Assembly (NCBI GenBank): GCA_047495785.1 | Contig: JBLDXI010000018.1 | Coordinates: 372,001-436,000 of the forward strand | DNA length: 64,000 bases | DNA from: Lepidodermella squamata | Lineage: Eukaryota > Animalia > Gastrotricha | Direction of reading: 5' to 3' | Part shown: piece by piece, positions 36,975-49,976 of the stretch | How the letters are laid out: every line of letters begins with the position of its first letter | How positions within the stretch are numbered: the stretch's first letter is position 1 | Position numbers and translations under genes: made by a program | Notes under the pieces: generated by a model | The model's database searches: none | Told to the model about the DNA's origin: nothing | The model's input: the letters and a program-made list of their open reading frames with translations, nothing else

Positions 36975-39900
36975 ATGCGGCTGAAGTTGATTCAGCTTGG
37001 CCTGTTAGTGTGGAAGTGCTGGAAGACCGAGTCGCGCAATCGAATTCGACTCATCGCGCAGATAGTATGGCCCCTGTTCATGTTCCTCATCCTACTGATC
37101 GTCCGCAAAACGCGAAGTCTTCGATTCCCCATGGACGAATGTGAGTCGCTGCTGAAAAGAAAACGCGAATTTGAATGAACCAAATTTTGATATCATAGGC
37201 CATTTTGATGCGAGACCCCTACCCTCGGCGGGCATTCTGCCCTTTGCTCAGGGCTTCGTGTGTGCCTTCAACAACACGTGCTACAACTATTCGACTCTGA
37301 GTGAAAATTCAACATATCCATTCCGCCAAGTGCCGTAAGTTGCCTAGATTTTGTTTTCGAAAATCGCCAACCAGGTCAAATTCGCTGACATTGCCTAAAA
37401 TCCTCAGAACAGAACATACTTCATTTTTGCCAAAAATGTCATATTTTTTAATCATTATTGAAATATTGAACCAAATGTTGAAATTGTTATGAAATTGGGT
37501 TTCTTGAAGTTCTAAACTCATTTCAAGGCAATTTTCAATTTGGCTTTCCAAATCGTTATATGGTGATTACCCCGAGATTTCAAATCGGTTTTCGTAGGCA
37601 ATGTCGTCTTAATTTGACTTGACTAGGTTGCACATAACACAACCACAGCTGTGTTGCCTATCTCAATAACCAACCTGTTGTGGGAAACGTGTGCATATAA
37701 TGAAGCCCAGAACCGAGGCTCGGTAATTCCAGCCTCCAGCTATATCAAGATCCATTACAAAACGCGGCAGCTTTGAGTCTCGGTCTCACATTGTTTTTCC
37801 GTATAATTTCTAGTTTGGTCGGGTTGCTAAAAGAAACTGGCGACGTGCTGCGGCTGGCTAATGACACCGGTCTGTTCGAAACGCTGACGAACGACGCCAA
37901 GGTTATGCAAGACTTCCTGGTGATACTTCTCAACGACTCGGCCGTTTCGCACATGAACTTTTCGGATTTGTACGACCCGGCGCGCATGGACGAAATGGAA
38001 CTCGAGCTGCTGAATGCCGGGCTGTCGCAGCAGGCCGTCAACACGCTGCTCGACGCGAAAATCAACGGCCCTGGGCTGGCCGGGGTGATCACGGCTCGCG
38101 GCCAGAAATCGGCTGAAAAAGACTCGGAAGCGCTGGACCGGTTGTTCGAAATCGCGCAGGGCAACGACGAGTTGACACGTGACGAAGTGTGCGACACGGA
38201 CATTATCACGCTGTTTCTGCGCCGATCCGAAGACCCTTTGGACGGCTCGCTCGACTACTTGCAGCAGGAGTTGTGCAACCTGGAGCCCGATCAGCTGCAA
38301 GAGGTCGGCGATGTGCTGCGGCGCCACTTGTCCCTTCGCGATTTCGTGCCCAAATTGCGCAGGTTTGTTATCACCTTAATTATAAAATGTTCAATTCATG
38401 TCTAATTTTCGGTTTTAGTTACATATCGTTCGAGACTGGCCTGGAGCTGTTGACGGAAGCGAGTCAACTGCGGTCGTTTTTCCGCGGCTCGAATGACATA
38501 TTCTCGAGTGGGTCGACGATCGCGTTTTTGAACGACCTGCAGCAAACAATCAATTTGACGGAGACGAACCTTGACCCGACGAGTCCGTTGGCGCAAATCG
38601 CGCCCTTTTGGTACCCGCTGTGCAACCGCCCGTTCCCCGTCACCGAAATGTCGGACGCGTTCAAGAGCTACACGCGCAACACGGACATCGACTCGTCGTT
38701 TGACGTGCGAGCCGACAACACGACCGGCAAGAACGAGACGGTCATTTGCAAGGAGATGCGCCGAAATGAGTCCTACGACAACTCGTTGTCGTGTTCTTGC
38801 AACGCTTTTCTGGTAAGCTCAAATTTCAGATTCTTTGTCTAAGAAAATTCATTTGAATAGCCGTTTTTCGATATTTTTACTGAGTAATTAATTGAAGTTT
38901 TCAAATTTATTATTGAATTTGAAGCCGGATTCAAAAACGGGTACGATTCGGAAAGCTAGTGAACCAATTTTTTCGGTTTTCCGATCGATTCCCTATTTTT
39001 AATATTTGCTCTGGTAAGGACAGCAGCAAATCACAAATCAATCAATCGTTTTCTCCTATCGAACTTGGAGCCATTTTTCTGAAGTAGTAGATTTATAAGA
39101 CTCGGTGGCATTTTAGAAGATGGGGTTTTGAACCAATGAAGGATTTTGCTTGAACTAACAAAGCTAAATTGCTAAATGACTTTTAATTCGGAAATTTACA
39201 GTTGTGTCAAATGTGTCAATTTTTTGCAGTTGCCGTTCCAAAAAGCGAACTTCCTGTGGCGGATCGTGAAGCCGCTGCTGCGCGGCAAGGTGCTGTACTA
39301 CCCGAACACGCCGCTGACGCACCGCATCATCCGCGACGTGCGCACCCGCGTCGACCTGGCCGGACAACTGGCGTCCAGCATATCGCTCGTCATCGAGTTT
39401 GGCCGGTTCGTGCGCGAGACCTACGCCGACAACTTCCGCGCGCTCGCCAAGCTCGAGTCGGTGTACATGCTGATCGACGAGCTGGCGGAGGCGGACCTCA
39501 ACGACACGGCCGAGCTGCTGCCGCCGAATCTGCGCGACGGCGTCGTCGTCGGCCAGAAAAACGCGACTCGCGTGCTGCGCCGCGCCGTCGAGATGTTCGA
39601 CGCCTTCGACTGGCAGAAACTGTTCGACGTCACGCTGCCGCGCCTCAAAAGCCGCGTCGACTGCTTCGTGCGCCCGGATCGCTTCCAGCCGGTCTCCAGC
39701 GTCGACGAACTCGTCACCAAGGGCATGAATCTAACCCTCGAAGATGACCTCTGGGCTGCCATCCAGTTCTACGACGCCGAGTCGCTGAACAACACGAACG
39801 GCTCGAATGGCTCGTTCGTGGTGCCGCCGCTGATAAAATACGCCATTCGCATGGACCCGGACCTGGTCGATCAGACGGACGTGTTCAAGGACAGGCCGAG

Positions 39901-42900
39901 TCGGCTGTCGGTGCGGCGCGATCCGTTTCGCGATTTGAAGTACTTCTCCAGCGGGTTCATCTACTTGCAGGACTCGATTGAGAAGGCCATCATCCGCATG
40001 CACGTTCGGCAGGTGCGGGCGGCGAATGCGACCAGCAGTTTGCATCCGTTGGAACGATTCCCCAGCCCGTTTTTGGCGCGGCCGTCCAACATCGGCACGA
40101 TTATGCAACAATTCCCGTACCCGTGCTACGTTGAAGACTTTTTCTTGCAAACGCTGGGCCGACAGCTCACCATGTGTAAGTCAAATTAATTATCGTGAAA
40201 AAATAGAATGAAACTTGAAAATGTATTGATTGAAAAATTGCAGTTTAATTTGATGCGCAATTTCGAATTTCGAAAATTTGATGTAAAAAAAATTTCAATT
40301 AATTGAATACTTATTCATGAATTATTTGGCTATACTTCAACCTAAATTTCTTATTTCCATTGGTTTTTAATTGTTTTATCATTTTTTCAGACATTGTGAT
40401 CGGTTGGATCTACCAAGCGGCGATGATTGTCAAGTCGGTCGTGTTGGAGAAGGAGCGAAAACTGCGAGAAGTTGCGCGCATCATGGGCGTCTCGCCTGGT
40501 CTGCATTTCGCGTCGTGGAACATTTTCTGGTGGTGCCTCAGCTGCATCACCGTCCTGCTGTTCATCCTCATTTTGAAAGCTGGCGAAATTCTCATTTACT
40601 CCAACGGTTTCCCACTGTAAGTTTCGTGTAATGTTCGTGTTTAGTATAAATACAATTCGGAGTCTAGAGAATTTGAAACCATTTTGAAATTACTCTTTAA
40701 ACCGAAAATTACGATTATTGTGCACGCTCGCAAGCTGAAGACTGATCGGAACGTCGAGCGGCAAAAGGATGTTAACGAAAGAGATACACGAATTGATGGG
40801 GCGTTATCCCTCAATCCATTCAATGAGATGTTCTCAAGACAAGTTATTACTCTCATTGAAAGCAACTTCACCAAGTCCAGTCATAACCGCCAGAGGATCG
40901 CCGAGGACGGTTAGCTTTGTAACGTGCAGTTTACTGAAGTAGCTAGCTCCTCCCTTGACAAACGCGACGGGCTAAAGTCTTGGAAGCGGAAGCCTCGGTT
41001 TGCAGCTCTCCGAATTATATAGCAGAAAGCACCAGGGCGAACAAATCATTAACGGCGTCCACCTTTGACACTGAAACCTCGCCAGGTATCGGTAGGGATC
41101 ACGTCATCTATACAGGAAAAAACCTTACGCTTTAGCGGTTACCGTCCTTCGGATGAGTATTTCAACTAGGACTAAGGTAAATAGCTGCTGAGTGGCGGAG
41201 GTAAAGTCACGTCGTCATGTCCGGGCTGATCAGGGTAGAAAATGGGTTGAAAATCGCCGTAACCGCCGATGATGACATCAGCGCCCAGCAAATTGCCAAT
41301 GATTTGTTGCTGGCCAGAGATTTCGGAGTTGATTCAGCAGCAACACCATCGTACACCATTTCATTTGTTGATATGAAAATAGCTTACTTGGCGAATTCCG
41401 GGTAAAACTCGTAAGCGTGCTTACGGGCGTTTGGCGTCGAATATCTTCCGAGAAAGAAAATTCTCGTTCCGAGGTGCGGAATTGGGTTCAGGGTGGGGTA
41501 GGGCGTTGCAGATAGCGCAGAAGATGAACGTAGATGAAGTCACCCGTAGGTTCGGCGACGTTATTTTTCATTGAAAATTGCTTAATGAACAATATCATTG
41601 AAAAATTGAAACAAAATCTCAGACGAGAAGAGCGATGAGTGGAAAACAATATAAGCCGGTTTTCAATTCGTGAAACAGGCCACGGATAATGAATTGAATT
41701 GGGTTCGAGGATAGTGCCCGATTCATTTGCAATCCCATGAATTTCGTACTCGAAAGTGGAAAGCTGAAATCGATGATCGAGTTATTAGAGTATTTCTTAG
41801 GTTAAAGCAATGAAAATAACTAATTTTTTCTCTTGAAAAATGTAGTTTCCTGGTGATGATGGCTTATGCAATGGCGACGATATCGTTCTGCTTCTTCCTG
41901 TCGTCGTTCTTCAACCGCGCCAACATCGCGGCCGTCGTCGGCGGGCTCGTCTACTTCCTGTCGTTCATCGCCTACGGCGCCATGTCGTCGTTCGCCGAGT
42001 CGTACCAGGTGACGCGCATGACCATTGCCTCGCTGATCCCGAACATCGCGCTCGGCTTCGCGTGGGAGGTGGTCGGCGAGTGGGAACTCAAAACCGAGGG
42101 CTCGACCATCGCCAACTTCGGCAAGCCGATCACGAACCAGGCGGCGGACCTGTACACGCTGCGCCACGCCTTCTTCATGCTGCTCTTCGACTCGGCCCTG
42201 TACTACTTCGCCGCCTGGTACATCGACCACGTGTTCCCCGGCGAGTACGGCGTGCCCCGCCCGTGGTACTTCGTCTTCCAGCCGTCGTTCTGGTGCGACA
42301 GCCGGGCGCCCACCAAGGAAGACCTGTACGAGGTGACGATGGACGAGGTTGACAACAACACGACGGTTAACGGCGGCGGCGGTGGCGGCGACTCGCCACG
42401 ATCGGCTTTCCCGGAAAACGGACATTTGCGAATGTCGAAGTCAGCGCAACGCATTGAACCGGAGCCGAAACATCTGCCGATTGGCTGTGCTATTCGCAAC
42501 TTGGTCAAAGTCTACAAGCCAGGTTAGTTCTCTTCTAGATGTTGAAGCATTGAAATTTTCTCCTGTGAACCGAGAAATTGTTCGAAAATTTTCCAGAAAT
42601 TCAAAATCTTTAATTATTCGTGATATTCGCGAATCCGAGTGTCAAAGATATTACTTCAAAATTACGAAAAAGTAAAGCGGAAATCCGCGTAGTTCCGATT
42701 TATCTGAAACTAGGAGCAAACATTGGATGGATTTTTTGAGATTGAGATAATATTGAGATGAAATTTTGAATTTGTTATAGGACTTTTCACTCGCATGGTA
42801 GCCCGGGTGAAGCAGGTGATGATGCAGTGTTGGTATGCAGTGAAGCGCGACGGTCGGTACCACGACACGTCGCCTCCGCGAATCCGCCCCGCCGTCGACC

Positions 42901-45900
42901 ATCTGACTGTCAACATGTACGAGGGCCAAATCACCGCCCTGCTCGGGCATAACGGCGCCGGCAAAACGACGACCATGTCAATTATGACCGGCCTGCTACC
43001 CGCCTCGAGCGGCCAAGTGCTGATCAGCGGGCTCGATGTCGCGAAACAGGTCGACGAGGTGCGCAGTCTCACTGGGTTCTGCCCGCAATTCAACGTACTC
43101 TACGACGACATGACCGTCCGTGAGCACTTGTGGTTCTACGGCAAAATGCGGGCGAATGCGAATGCGAAAATCAGCCTCGATGAGGAAATCGATACGCTGT
43201 TGAAGGACACGAATTTGGTGAATAAGAGGAACGAACTGGCGCGAACGCTGTCCGGTGGCATGAAGCGACGTTTGAGCATTGCTGTTGCTTTCATTGGCAA
43301 TTCAAAGTGCGTCATTTTGGACGAGCCAACGGCTGGAGTTGACCCATATGCTAGGGTAAGTTACTTTTGACACTGCGGGGAAATGACGTTCTGACCCAAC
43401 TCAGATACCGAAAATTCCGAAAAATTCTCCAAGTAGCCTAAATTCAATTCAGAATTCAGAATTTTGCAGCATATCGTTCAGTCAGCAATAATAATTATTC
43501 CATTATTTTTCTAGCGTCAAATCTGGGATTTGGTGAGCAAGTTCCGTAAAGACCGAACAATCATTCTGTCGACTCACCACATGGACGAGGCTGAAATTCT
43601 GTCGGACCGAATCGCCGTGATCTCTCAGGGCCGCCTGCAAACCTGCGGAACGCCGTTGTTCCTGAAACAGACCTTCGGCGACGGTTACGGCCTTGTCATC
43701 GTCCGCGATGCAATGGCCTTCGTGCACAAGTCGAGTCGGCCAGCGTCGACCGCGGCGCCTAGCGAGGCCGACAGCGGCATCGAACACTCGCAAGTCGAAA
43801 TCGACGAGGAAGATTCGGTGCGGTTCAGCACGGCGGCGTCGTCCGTGCTCAGCGATGCGGATCGGCGGCACGAGGAGTTGATCACCCGGTTCGTGGCTCG
43901 TTATTTCGAGGGTGCCTATACGCTGGCGGAACATGTCGGCCACGAGGTGCACTACCGCATTGCGTACAGCGGCGTGCCGAGCTTTGCTGACTTCTTCCGT
44001 GCGCTCGATGCGAACCTCGCCGACCTTTGCATCAGCAGCTACGGCCTGTCGGACACGAGCTTGGAGGAGATTTTCATCAAAATCGCCGATGAAGCGGATA
44101 TCAACGAAGAGCAGGTCGAAACTTTCACCGAAGGTTTGTTACTCGCTTAATTTCGTTAAAATTACAAGTCTCTTCACAAAATGGTTGTGCGATGTATAAA
44201 AAGGTCCAGTAAGGTACAGCAGTGTGTTTGCTAGCTCGACTTCTCGGGCTGATTTGGCGCGGTTTCCATCAGACACTGAACCCATTTTACCTGGTTTGTG
44301 CAAGTGTATGAGGAAGGGCTTGCTTGTGCTTACATTTCGGCTTGCGTGGTATTTGTGCATCTTTACGGGTAATTTCACGTTCGTAAGACTTCTGAAGGGT
44401 TAAGCCAGGCCGGGTAGACCAATGGCGGATAAGATGGAAATTTGAAGAAGGCGTGCTAAACCGGAGATCTATCGTAATGGGGAACGCCAAAAAACTGCTG
44501 TTCCGTGAATGCGGCTCAACTTCGCCGCTCGCGGATTTAAAAATCTAGGCTCCGTGTTGTTGGGCGACGAGCTTGTTACCATTTATTTTGTAGTTCAGAT
44601 CGGGTGAGTCATTGTTATTTTCCGCTATGATCTTGTTGAGTTGCTCATGCAAAGCCTTGCGAATCACTTGTTTGTGTGGCGGTAGATACCGCGAGACCCA
44701 TATTCCTGGGGCTAGGAACCTGGCGGTTGTCGAATCTCAAGGCCTCGTATACCAGCCCGATCGCATCGGATGTCAAGGTGACGTGGATCTGTCGGGTAAC
44801 CACTCCTTCAGCTGCGTTTCTTCGAGGTGGCCCGAATTGCTGTCATAACACCGGCACGCCGCACAGCATTGGCGCACACTCGAGGATCGTGTCAATCAGG
44901 TGCTGCTCGGTTTCCCGTGCCACTTTGGGGATGATTGTTTCGCCTTTTTCGAGTTTGAATGCGAATATTCTTGTTGTAAGGCCTGGAGAAAAGTGCCTGT
45001 ATAAGGAGTTGATGCTATACGTATCTCGATTCATTTCATGAAGAAAAGGTTTCGGGACTTCATAAGTCTAAGTCTATCAAAGCAGCGCTTGCTAAAAATT
45101 TCTAAATTTCAAGCTACAATGTTTTCTTGTCTTTTTTAGCTGGTACTTTGCCCCGTCCGGTGACTCGGCTCAGCTTCAAAGGCCGCCTCCGCAAGACAGC
45201 CATGCGCATGCTGCGGGGCAAGAAATTCTCGCAGAGCCTCGACACGCTCGATGCGGAGAACATCGACGCCCGCAGCCTCGGCGCGCAGTCCGAGGTCGCC
45301 TCAGTCGCCGGCAACCTGCCGTTCCAGCTGCCGAAATACGAACCGGTGACCGGCGGTTGGCTGCTCGCCCTGCAATTCTACGCCCTCGTCATGAAACGCA
45401 CCCACCGAACCCGCCGCAACTGGAAAGGTTTCTTCACCGAAATCGTCCTGCCAGCCGGTTTCGTCCTACTCGGCGTCATTCTGCTAAAACTCGCCGGATT
45501 CAAGTCGATCAACCCGCCCCCGCTCGAGTTGTCACCCTGGGTGCTGACCCCGAGTTGGGCCATCGCGCAAGACCCTCGCCTGTACACCTTCTTCGCGGCC
45601 GTCAACCAGTCGGATCGGCTGACCCGAGACCTCAACACCGCTGCCTCCATGTCAGAGTACGCCGGCACGCGCTGCATGGCGAACAACTACACGGTGGATG
45701 GGTACGCGTGCCCGGCCGATGCGAAAAACGACTCGCAGTGGTCGTTTGTCGAGAAGTACCGAATGCGGCAGTGCGAGTGCCACAACGTGAGCGGGCAACA
45801 GGAGTGCACCGACCCGCCCATGGTCTCGTCGACCATGCTGAAAGCCCCGTCCAACGAACCGGACTACTCGAAATGGCCGTGGCCGCCGACTCGCCGCCTC

Positions 45901-48900
45901 AGAACATCGGACGACTTGCTGAATCTGACGAGTCTCAACGTGTCGCAGTACATTTTGAACGAGTTCTATCTGTTCCGACACAACTTTTTCGGCGGGTTGA
46001 CGTTTGTCGTGCAGCAGTTTGCGTTGAATCGATCTGAAGCCGAGGCGTTCTACGGCGTCCTCTACGACCTGTCCCTATCGACGCGTGATACGTTGAATCG
46101 GACGTTCGGCAACAACACGCGGCCGTTTGATGGCATCAAATTCCGAAATATCTCCGGAATCGTCAACAATCTGCAGAACCGGACGAATCGACTCGTCAAT
46201 GATACTGCGGAACGGTTGCGTAATTTCACGCTGCCAGCTGCGCTGCGAAACGTCTCGTTGCCATTCACACTGCCGGCTAATTTGCGAAATGTGACTCTGC
46301 CGTTCAATTTGCCTCAGTTGAGGACAACAACGCTGGCTAGGCCGAAACGACAGGCGGTGGTGATATCAACGCGGCGGCCTATGGTGATTTCGTTGAGAAA
46401 CGCGACTCTGCTGCCAGCTAGGCTGCGGAATATCACGGCGCCGAATGTCAACGTGACTCGTATCGTCAATGGGGCGAATGCCACGGTGGATAAACTGCGG
46501 CGAAATTCGAATATCACGAGCGCAGTTCGAGACATTGCGGAACGGCTGCGGAATTTGACGACGTTTGGCAACCGAACTCGCACGCCGATTTGGGCGAATT
46601 TGACGGCGAATTCGAGCCTCGAGACCGCGGCGCTGATGGAGCTGTTGACGACGGGCCTGTTCGCCCCGGCCTCCGTCCAGGTGTGGTTCAACAACAAGGG
46701 CTGGCCGTCGAGCGTGGCGTACAACAACTACGCGAACAACATGCTGCTGCGACTGGCGGTGTCGCGCGACGTCAACCAGCCCGACAGCCGGTACGGCATT
46801 GTGGCGGTCAACCACCCGTTGAATTACACCAAGGAGGAGTTCGCCCAGCAGCTGCAACGCGCCGTTTTCGTCGACGTTCTCATGGCCATTATGCTTGTAG
46901 GTTCATCTTTCATATTCCTGAACTTGGAATTTGGATTAAAAAAAGAATAACCAAATTGACTTTTAGCTTGGGTATTTTCGCGTAAACCCAGTTGTAACTG
47001 AGATTTGAATCGCATTGGAATTGAATAATTCAAATTGTTATAATGTATGCCATGTAAATTGCCTGCTTTTTGTAGATTTTGGCAATGTCATTCGTGCCGG
47101 CTAGCTTTGTGATTTTCCTGATCGAAGACCGGCAGTCGGACTCGAAGCACGTGCAAATCGTGAGCGGGCTGAAGCCGTTCGTGTACTGGCTGGCGAACTA
47201 CACGTGGGACTGCGTCAACTACGCCATCCCGTGCCTCATCTGCCTCGCCATCTTCGCCATTTTCAACATCGAGGCGTACATCAGCGAGAAGTCGGCCAGC
47301 GCCCTGCTGCTCCTCCTTCTGCTCTACGGCTTCGCAGTCACGCCGATGCTGTACCCGACCTCGCTGTTCCTGTCCACGCCGTCGACCGCCTTCGTCATCC
47401 TGGCGTGCGCGAACCTGATCATCGGCTCGGCGACCACCATCGCCACGTACATGCTCGACCTGCTGCAGATGAACGACGAGACGCTGCGCCCGGTCAACGA
47501 CATCCTCAAGGTGCTCTTCTTCATCTTCCCGCAGTACTGCCTCGGCCGCGGCCTCCTCAACATGGCCATGTCGTACCGACGCGCCCAGTCGATCGCCTTC
47601 CTACTCGGCACCGGCATCGGCAGCCACGACCCGTCCCGCTGGGACGTCTGCGGCCAGTTCTACTTCGCCCTGTTACTCCACGCCGCCGGGTGGCTGCTCG
47701 TGAATCTCCTGATCGAATACGGCTCCATGCTGTGGGCGCGGCTCAAGCAGGCGCTCGGTGCTAAACGGTCGATTTCGCTGCCCGGTGCTACGTACGAGCC
47801 GGCGAACGACGCGCACATTGCCGAGGACGATGACGTGGCGAAGGAGCGGCTGGCGGTCAAGAACAGCCCCGCCCAGTTCACCATGGTTGTGCGCGATTTG
47901 ACGAAGCGTTTCTCGACGAGTCGTGGCAAGCTCACGGCCGTTGATCAACTCAGCTTCGGCGTACCCTCCGGCCAGTGTTTCGGCCTGTTGGGCGTCAATG
48001 GCGCCGGCAAAACTACGACCTTCCGCATGCTGACCGGGCACATTCCGCCGAGTGGCGGCGCGGCGACTATCAACGGCTTCGACACAGCTTCTCAGGTGAG
48101 TAAAACGCAAAACATTTGAAACAATCGTTATTCTTCGACAACTTCGAGGCAGTTGTCATACATGAGAGCGAATCATCCCTTGAATTTCTTAAATTCGTAT
48201 ATAATTTTGAAAATGATTGAAATTTAACAACTTTTTGTGAATAATTTCGTTCATCTTAATTTGTAGCGAACTGAGGCGAACAAGCTGATCGGGTACTGCC
48301 CACAGGCGGACTGCATCACGCCGCTGCTGTCGGGCCGCGAGAACCTCGAGTTCTTCGCGCGGCTGCGCGGCGTGCCCGAGTCGCTGGTGCGGCAGGTCGC
48401 CGAGTTCAACATCCGGCGCATGGACCTGCGCCGCCACGCCGACAAGCCGGCGCGCCACTACTCGGGCGGCAACAAGCGCAAGCTGTCCGTCGCCATTTCG
48501 ATGACGGGCGAGCCGCCGCTCGTCTTCCTCGACGAACCCACGGCCGGCATCGACCCGCGCGCTCGCCGGTTCCTGTGGCGCGCCATCTCGCAGCTGCTGC
48601 TCAACGGCCAGTCGGTCGTGCTGACGACGCACTCGATGGACGAGTGCGAGGCCCTGTGCACCCGACTCGCCATCATGGTCAGTTTTTTCTCTCACGATCT
48701 CATGGGATTTCGGGTTGTCACTACACGATCAGATCGGCCTTGTATTCGTCTCTAGAAATAATTTGACAAGCGTAAAATTGCTTCGTAGTTCCTAATGTTT
48801 GCCTTCATTTGATTTGATGCGAAAATAGGAACGAGTCATGTCAATTTTAGTTTGAACAGCTGATAAGTGGAAAAATGAACAGTTTCAATCTTTTTGAAAA

Positions 48901-49976
48901 TGCGAATTTTCAAGTGTTACGAGTTTCTTCTATTTTTATTTTTTACCTGTCAAAAATCGGAGAGGCTCGAATTATTGAAGTTCAAACTTTGGGGCAAGCT
49001 ATTTTCAACTCACCTCTGGAACAAAATTGAAATTTCGCGAAATGGCTGTTTTCAAGGTTGGGTTCGCAATTTGAAAAGAACCTCTCATTCGATAATTGAT
49101 GATTGACTTCGATGATAAATCGATGTTAAGACCAAGGCTCATCGACGAGATGAAAATGAACTTTTTCGCTCAGATGTGCCTAATTTGTTGGTCCTATTTC
49201 GCTTTTATGTGAAGTTTCAATTCGTACGATTCGAAGTATAGTTTTGCCTCAATTGTGAAGTTTCGACGAATTTGCCCTTGGAATTTTTGTTGAAATGTGA
49301 ATGTGATTCCTTGTCTGGTAATCTTGGGGGTTTTAGAGTTCGAATTTTATCGAAAGAGTTTTTGCGTTTCGAACTCGGGCCATTTTCAAGCCTGGGTTTT
49401 AAACATCTTTGAACCAACTGCACCATATACGAATTCAACGTGATTAATTCGTATTTTTTCACGTTGTAGGTGAACGGTCGTTTCCGGTGTATGGGCAGCC
49501 CGCAGCACCTGAAGGCGCGGTTCGGCGAGGGCTACTTCGTGTCGATGCGGTTCGCGTTGGACGCGGTCGACGCGGCGCGGGTGGCGAAGACGGCGGAGGC
49601 GCTGCGGGCGCGCTTCCCGGACGCGGTGCTGAAGGAGTGGCACGACGCGGTGGCGACCTTCTCGATCGGCGCCACGGCCGCGTACCGCCTCGACCTGGGC
49701 GCGCTGTTCGCGTTCCTGAACGACGGCGCGTTCGTGGCCGAGTCGCGCGTGGTCGACTACTCGGTGACGCAGTCGTCGCTCGACGCCGTCTTCGTCACGT
49801 TCGCCAAGTCGCAGTCGACGGAGATGGCGGACGAGGACCGCGACCTCGCGCACGACACCCACCAGCAGCCGCGGCCCGTCCTCTACAAGATGCCGAACGA
49901 CGCGGCGCTGCACTTGAACGGCGACGTCGGCTTTTCGAACCCGATGTTCAACGGCGGCGAAATGTCGATAGCGTGA
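36975..49976 (+). CDS. ABC transporter subfamily A (ABCA1/2/4/7-like). Exons 36975-37140, 37199-37334, 37814-38362, 38419-38812, 39230-40175, 40391-40616, 41846-42522, 42781-43355, 43515-44133, 45140-46896, 47076-48095, 48267-48677, 49470-49976
   Basis: [44 protein letters not shown]; NBD1 GHNGAGKTT / LSGGMKRRL / [10 protein letters not shown]; NBD2 GVNGAGKTT / YSGGNKRKL. Confidence 0.96.
37627..37793 (+). ncRNA. Intronic H/ACA-like RNA, copy 2 (ABCA intron 2)
   Basis: Same structure as copy 1; ACA at 37788-37790; single T>A difference at 37769. Confidence 0.65.
44545..45034 (-). mobile_element. Decayed non-LTR retrotransposon ORF1-like remnant in ABCA intron 9
   Basis: Reading through one stop and one frameshift gives ...[11 protein letters not shown]...[27 protein letters not shown]...[11 protein letters not shown], resembling the CR1/L2-type ORF1 C-terminus. 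Confidence 0.5.
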
